In this document: piece after piece, positions 6,122-10,260 of the stretch
Layout of the letters: each line of letters begins with the position of its first letter
How positions within the stretch are numbered: position 1 is the first letter of the stretch
Source of the DNA: Candidatus Bipolaricaulia bacterium
Lineage (GTDB): Bacteria; Bipolaricaulota; Bipolaricaulia; RBG-16-55-9
Direction: 5' to 3'
NCBI GenBank assembly: GCA_042219045.1
Contig: JBDGQO010000080.1
Span: 1-10,260, forward strand
DNA length: 10,260 bases
Notes under the pieces: model-generated
The model's database searches: none
The model's input: the letters and a program-made list of their open reading frames with translations, nothing else
What the model was told of the DNA's origin: nothing
Made by a program: the position numbers and the translations under genes

Positions 6122-7573
6122 GTGACCGAACCCGTTCTTGTCACCGGCGCCACGGGCTACATCGGCGGCCGGCTCGTCCCTCGGCTGCTGGAATCGGGCT
6201 ACCCCGTCCGCGTCATGGTGCGCGACCCGGAGCGGCTCCAGGGGCGCGCCTGGGCGGATCAAGTGGAGGTCGTCACGGGCGACGTCTTCGTCCCCGAAAC
6301 GTTGACGGCGGCCATGGCGGGCGTTCACGCGGCCTACTATCTCATCCACAGCATGAGCGGGGCCGCCGACTTTGAGGAGCGCGACAAGCTTGCCGCGAAG
6401 AACTTCGCCGCTGCTGCCAAGAACTGCGGCGTGGCCCACGTCATCTACCTCGGCGGGCTCGGCGACCCCGAGCGTGAGGAGCTGTCGGACCACCTGCGCT
6501 CGCGGCACGAGACGGGCGACGTGCTGCGCGAGCACGGTCCAACCGTGACCGAATTGCGCGCGGCCGTCATCGTCGGCTCCGGCAGCGCGTCGTTCGAGAT
6601 GATCCGCAACCTGGCCGAGCGCGTCCCCGTGATGATCTGCCCGCGCTGGGTGTTTACCCGGATCCAGCCCATCGGCATTTCCGACGTGCTGCGTTACTTG
6701 GTGAGCACGCTCCAACTGGACGACTGCCAGGGGCAAATCATCGAGATCGGCGGCCGCGACGTGATGACCTACGGAGAGATCATGCTCGGCTACGCGCGGG
6801 CGCGCGGGCTCCGGCGCTGGCTCGTGCCCGTGCCGGTGCTGTCGCCGCGGCTGTCGTCGTACTGGGTTCACTTGGTCACGCCCATTCCGACCAGCATCGC
6901 GCGTCCGCTCATCGAAGGGCTCAAGAACGAAGTCGTCGTCCGCGACCGGACCGCCGAGCAGTGTTTTCCCGACATCCAACCGATCGGCTACGACGAGGCC
7001 GTGCAACGGACATTGGCCAAGCTCGACGCCGGCGAGGTGGCGACCTCGTGGAGCGATGCCCTCGCCAGCAGCCAAGGCGACCAACCGACCGCCCACCTCG
7101 ACTTCCGCGAGGGGATGATCGTCGAGCGCCGTCGCTGCGTCGTCGACGCGTCGCCGGAGGCGCTCTTCCGCGTGGTCTCGAGCTTGGGCGGACAGCGGGG
7201 TTGGCTCTATGCCGACCTGCTCTGGCGACTGCGCGGCGTGCTCGATCGTCTGGTTGGCGGCGTCGGCTTCCGCCGCGGGCGGCGTGACCCCGAGGAGCTG
7301 CGCGTCGGAGATGCCGTCGACTTCTGGCGCGTCGAGGCGATCGACCCGGGCCGGCTGCTGCGCCTGCGCGCGGAGATGAAAGTGCCCGGCCACGCGTGGC
7401 TGGAGTTCCACATCGAGTCAAGCGAGGACGACGGAACGAGCGTGTTGCAACAGAACGCCTACTTCGCGCCTCGGGGGCTATCCGGACTGGCGTACTGGTA
7501 CGTGCTCTACCCGATCCATCGCCGCATCTTCTCCAAGCTGAGCGAGCGAATTAGCCAGGCGGCTGCCGCCTAG
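6122..7573 (+). CDS. YbjT-like atypical SDR, NAD(P)-binding domain plus C-terminal DUF2867
   Basis: VLVTGATGYIGGRL, AYYLIHSM, LSDHLRSR, RAAVIVGSGSASFE; C-terminal GGQRGW, WRLRG..DRLVGG, GDAVDFWRVE, LRAEMKVPGHAWLEF, G.AYWY.LYP.H..IF. GTG 6122 lies 6 nt after AAGGA and is preferred over ATG 6116, which abuts it. Confidence 0.92.
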   Translation: MTEPVLVTGATGYIGGRLVPRLLESGYPVRVMVRDPERLQGRAWADQVEVVTGDVFVPETLTAAMAGVHAAYYLIHSMSGAADFEERDKLAAKNFAAAAKNCGVAHVIYLGGLGDPEREELSDHLRSRHETGDVLREHGPTVTELRAAVIVGSGSASFEMIRNLAERVPVMICPRWVFTRIQPIGISDVLRYLVSTLQLDDCQGQIIEIGGRDVMTYGEIMLGYARARGLRRWLVPVPVLSPRLSSYWVHLVTPIPTSIARPLIEGLKNEVVVRDRTAEQCFPDIQPIGYDEAVQRTLAKLDAGEVATSWSDALASSQGDQPTAHLDFREGMIVERRRCVVDASPEALFRVVSSLGGQRGWLYADLLWRLRGVLDRLVGGVGFRRGRRDPEELRVGDAVDFWRVEAIDPGRLLRLRAEMKVPGHAWLEFHIESSEDDGTSVLQQNAYFAPRGLSGLAYWYVLYPIHRRIFSKLSERISQAAAA

Positions 7574-7579
7574 CCGTGT

Positions 7580-7663
7580 CGGACCGTCGGCGCTTTGACG
7601 GGTCCGGGCGGCCGATTCGCGGCAGTCGATGTTGAATGGCATCGACAATCGCCAGTGATTTTA
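7580..7663 (+). terminator. Tandem hairpins after the YbjT-like gene; possible intrinsic terminator
   Basis: Stems 7580-7590/7595-7606 (one bulge, two G-U), GCCG/CGGC 7611-7623 and GTCGATG/CATCGAC 7625-7646. Only a short, offset T run (7659-7662) follows. Confidence 0.4.
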
Positions 7664-7673
7664 TGTACCATGC

Positions 7674-7702
7674 TTGACAATAGCCCGGGGGCGTGTTACT
7701 CT
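7674..7702 (+). promoter_or_regulatory. sigma70/sigmaA-type promoter with extended -10 for the DUF378 gene and possibly downstream genes
   Basis: TTGACA (7674-7679), 17-nt spacer with TG at 7694-7695, TACTCT (7697-7702); about 50 nt before ATG 7755. Confidence 0.8.
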
Positions 7703-7754
7703 TAGTCAACAACTTAAAGGCAGGACAGCACAGGACCTGCGGAAGGAGCTCAAG

Positions 7755-7985
7755 ATGAAGATCCTAGACATTGTCGCGGCGGTTTTGCTCGTCATTGGAG
7801 GCCTCAACTGGGGCCTCGTCGGCGTCTTCGGATTCGACCTCGTGGCGGCGATTTTCGGCGGCGAGACGGCGATTCTCAGCAAGATCATCTACACCGTCGT
7901 CGGCTTGGCGGCCGTCTACCAGGCGATCGGCCTCCAGTCGATCCAGCGTCGCTGGGGCGTGCAGACCGCCAACGCCGCCTCCTGA
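7755..7985 (+). CDS. DUF378 (YuzA-like) small membrane protein, 76 aa
   Basis: MKILDIVAAVLLVIGGLNWGLVGVFGFDLVAAIFG...SKIIYTVVGLAAVY is the DUF378 signature. AAGGAG RBS. The track's TTG 7674 start is actually the -35 box. Confidence 0.93.
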   Translation: MKILDIVAAVLLVIGGLNWGLVGVFGFDLVAAIFGGETAILSKIIYTVVGLAAVYQAIGLQSIQRRWGVQTANAAS

Positions 7986-8119
7986 GCCCCTGCCAGGCGA
8001 CCAATCCCTGACAGGTGAACGTCCCGGTCTGCGGAGAGAACCGCCACGCGCGGGTCCTGTCCCGGACCGGGACGTATCGCCCTTGTCGACTCACTTCGAC
8101 ATCGAAAGGAAGGGTGGCC

Positions 8120-8860
8120 ATGAGCACAGTGATCTACGGCGCGACCGGCGGCGTGGGATCCGCGCTATGCCGGCGACTGGCCGAGCGAGACCAGCCCCTA
8201 GTGTTAGCTGGACGCAGTGGGGCAGACTTGTCTGCGCTAGCCGATGAACTGGACACGGAAACGTCGACGGTCGAGGTCGACGCGGCCGACCCGGATTCAA
8301 TCAAGGCAGCGATCGACCGGGCCGGATCTGAGTTTGAGCGCGTTGACAGTGTCGCCAACTGCATCGGCAGCGTCCTCGTCAAGCCGGCCCATCGCACAAG
8401 CGACGACGAGTACCGCGAAACGGTGACGATCAACCTGGACTCGGCGTTTGCGGTCGTCAGAGCTGCCGCTCAGGCGATGCGGCGCGAGGGCGGCTCCATC
8501 GTGCTGGTCTCCTCCGCCGCAGCCCGCGTCGGACTGCCCAACCACGAGGCCATCGCCGCCGCCAAGGGCGGCGTCATGGGGCTGACACTGTCAGCCGCGG
8601 CCACCTACGCCCTGCGCGGGATCCGCGTCAACTGCGTCGCGCCCGGCCTGACGGAGACGCCCGCGACGGAGGCGCTGACCGCCAATGACACCTCGCGCGA
8701 GGCCTCTGAGCGCATGCATGCCCTCGGTCGGCTCGGCCGTCCCGACGAGGTCGCTGCCATGATCGAGTGGCTGCTCCACGACAACAACGCCTGGGTCACG
8801 GGCCAGACCTTCGGTGTCGACGGCGGCCTGGCGACGGTACGCCCGCCAATGCGCGCCTGA
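8120..8860 (+). CDS. Short-chain dehydrogenase/reductase, classical fold, with Ile in place of the catalytic Tyr
   Basis: GATGGVG, LAGRS, NCIGS, VSSAA, HEAIAAAKGG, IRVNCVAPGL, WVTGQTFGVDGG. ATG 8120 with AAGGAAGGG upstream. Confidence 0.92.
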   Translation: MSTVIYGATGGVGSALCRRLAERDQPLVLAGRSGADLSALADELDTETSTVEVDAADPDSIKAAIDRAGSEFERVDSVANCIGSVLVKPAHRTSDDEYRETVTINLDSAFAVVRAAAQAMRREGGSIVLVSSAAARVGLPNHEAIAAAKGGVMGLTLSAAATYALRGIRVNCVAPGLTETPATEALTANDTSREASERMHALGRLGRPDEVAAMIEWLLHDNNAWVTGQTFGVDGGLATVRPPMRA

Positions 8861-8923
8861 ACGACGCCGGCCCGGTTCCCGCTCTCTGACCCGCGAAACA
8901 CCGAATAATGGGTTATCCACTCG

Positions 8924-9361
8924 ATGGCCTTGATCGCGCTGCTCGCGCAGACGCTGGCGACGGGCTTCATGGTCGGCCTCATCTGGTTCGTCCAGGTCGT
9001 CCACTACCCGCTCCTCGCACACGTCGGTCGCGAGGCTTTCCCCAACTACGAAGCCGAGCACACGCGCCGCACGGGCTACGTCGTGGCGCCGGTCATGCTC
9101 GTCGAACTGTTCACGGCTGCATGGATGCTGCTCGACCCGCCCGCGGATGTGCCCCTGATCTGGCCCGCCGTGGGTGCAGTCCTCGTGGTCGCTATTTGGG
9201 TCACGACCGGCCTTGTCCAAGTTCCGCTGCACCGACGCCTGAGCGCGGGCTTCAGCGTCGAGGCCCACGGGGTGCTCGTCCGCTCCAACTGGGTTCGCAC
9301 GGCATTGTGGAGCCTGCGCGGCCTCGTGGTTCTCGGGATTTGGGCCCAGCTTGCCTGGTGA
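8924..9361 (+). CDS. Conserved hypothetical 4-TM membrane protein (possibly DUF1772-like)
   Basis: Four hydrophobic segments with GLIWFVQVVHYP, YEAEHTRR..VVAPVMLVE, VQVPLHRRL and NWVRTALW; codon usage fits the neighbours. Confidence 0.8.
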   Translation: MALIALLAQTLATGFMVGLIWFVQVVHYPLLAHVGREAFPNYEAEHTRRTGYVVAPVMLVELFTAAWMLLDPPADVPLIWPAVGAVLVVAIWVTTGLVQVPLHRRLSAGFSVEAHGVLVRSNWVRTALWSLRGLVVLGIWAQLAW

Positions 9362-9394
9362 GCCGAGTCTGACGGGCAGTAGAGTGGGGATTCC

Positions 9395-10260
9395 ATGGAT
9401 GTCCTCATCGTCGGCGGCGGGATGGCGGGCCTGAGCTGTGCGCGGGAGCTGGATCGCCATGGCGTCGATTGGGCACTCACGGAGGCGAGCGATCGCCTCG
9501 GCGGCCGCGTCAAGACCGACGAACTCCACGGCTTCCGGCTTGACCACGGCTTCCAGGTGCTCTTGACCGCCTATCCCGCGCTGCGAGGCTGGATCGACCT
9601 TGACGAATTGCAACTGTCGCGCTTCCTGCCTGGCGCGCAAATCCACCAACGTGGACAGTTCCATCGCCTCGCCGACCCGCTCCGCGTGCCCAGCCAAGCG
9701 CTACCGACGCTCCGGGCGCCCATGGCGACGTTGCGCGATCGCTGGCTCGTCGCTCGCTTGAGTTCCTATGTGTGGCGCACCTCGCTCGATGGGATTTGGG
9801 CCAGCCCGGAAACGAGCACGGCGGAGTGGCTGAAGGATTTCGGGTTCTCCCAGCGCATGATCGAAGGCTTCTTTCGGCCGTTTTTCGGCGGGATCTTTCT
9901 GGAGCGGGAGCTGACGACCTCGAGTCGGCAGTTCCTCTTCGTCTACAAGATGTTCGCGCAAGGCACGGCGGCGTTGCCCCGGCGCTGCATGCAGGCGATT
10001 CCCGAGCAGCTGGCCGCATCGCTCGATCCCGACCGCATCGAGTTGGCCACGCCCGTCCAGGACGTCGAAAATGGTCGCATCCGGTTGGCCGATGGGCGTA
10101 CCCACGATGCCCAGGCTGTTGTTGTGGCCACCGATCAACCGACCACGGGCCAGTTGCTCGGCCAAACACAGCCATGCGCGAGCCATGCCACGACCTGTTT
10201 CTACTTTGCCTTGGACGCGTTGCCCGTCGACGGCCGTTGGCTCCTGCTCAACGGCGACGG
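9395..10260 (+). CDS. NAD(P)/FAD-dependent oxidoreductase, flavin amine oxidase / phytoene desaturase-like superfamily (partial)
   Basis: Manual translation from ATG 9395: MDVLIVGGGMAGLSCARELDRHGVDWALTEASDRLGGRVKTDELHGFRLDHGFQVLLTAYP...FFRPFFGGIFLERELTTSSRQF...MQAIPEQLA...VVVATD. GxGxxG and GGR FAD motifs; open to the window end, so absent from the ORF track. Confidence 0.92.
   Translation, partial: MDVLIVGGGMAGLSCARELDRHGVDWALTEASDRLGGRVKTDELHGFRLDHGFQVLLTAYPALRGWIDLDELQLSRFLPGAQIHQRGQFHRLADPLRVPSQALPTLRAPMATLRDRWLVARLSSYVWRTSLDGIWASPETSTAEWLKDFGFSQRMIEGFFRPFFGGIFLERELTTSSRQFLFVYKMFAQGTAALPRRCMQAIPEQLAASLDPDRIELATPVQDVENGRIRLADGRTHDAQAVVVATDQPTTGQLLGQTQPCASHATTCFYFALDALPVDGRWLLLNGD

Noticed and set aside
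5879..7411. 510-aa minus-strand ORF
   Set aside because: Antisense shadow of the YbjT-like gene.
8031..8045. GGAGAGA start reminiscent of a glycine riboswitch
   Set aside because: The downstream GCCGAAG and CTCAGG elements are absent.
8015..8119. Upstream GTG extension of the SDR in the ORF track
   Set aside because: The Rossmann motif begins right after ATG 8120, which has an RBS; the extension spans the structured intergenic region.
8913..8921. TTATCCACT, 8/9 match to a DnaA box
   Set aside because: Single isolated match with no box cluster or origin context.
8591..10186. Minus-strand ORFs 8591..9697, 9510..10175 and 9701..10186
   Set aside because: Antisense to the SDR, the membrane protein and the partial FAD oxidoreductase; no recognisable family.

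Overview
GC-rich bacterial chromosomal DNA with 12 supportable CDSs and no RNA gene, mobile element or CRISPR array that I can see. Left arm (- strand, 3982 to <1) is a tightly coupled operon: MMPL-type RND transporter, secreted LolA-like carrier, DUF2892/YgaP-like membrane protein with a GWCP cysteine, and an ArsR-HTH/rhodanese fusion (partial; missing from the ORF track). It is preceded by a clear sigma70/sigmaA promoter with a palindrome over the predicted start site. Right arm (+ strand): PDZ-less secreted trypsin-like protease, NTF2-like protein, acidic PC4/YdbC-type ssDNA-binding protein, YbjT-like SDR-DUF2867, DUF378 protein with its own strong promoter, an SDR lacking the catalytic Tyr, a 4-TM membrane protein and a partial FAD-dependent oxidoreductase (also missing from the track). 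Best leads: (1) the RND/LolA-like module placed with sulfane-sulfur-type genes, and (2) a switch-like RNA structure at 8009-8117 that could sequester the SDR ribosome-binding site. Family calls come from motif recognition by eye, not database searches.
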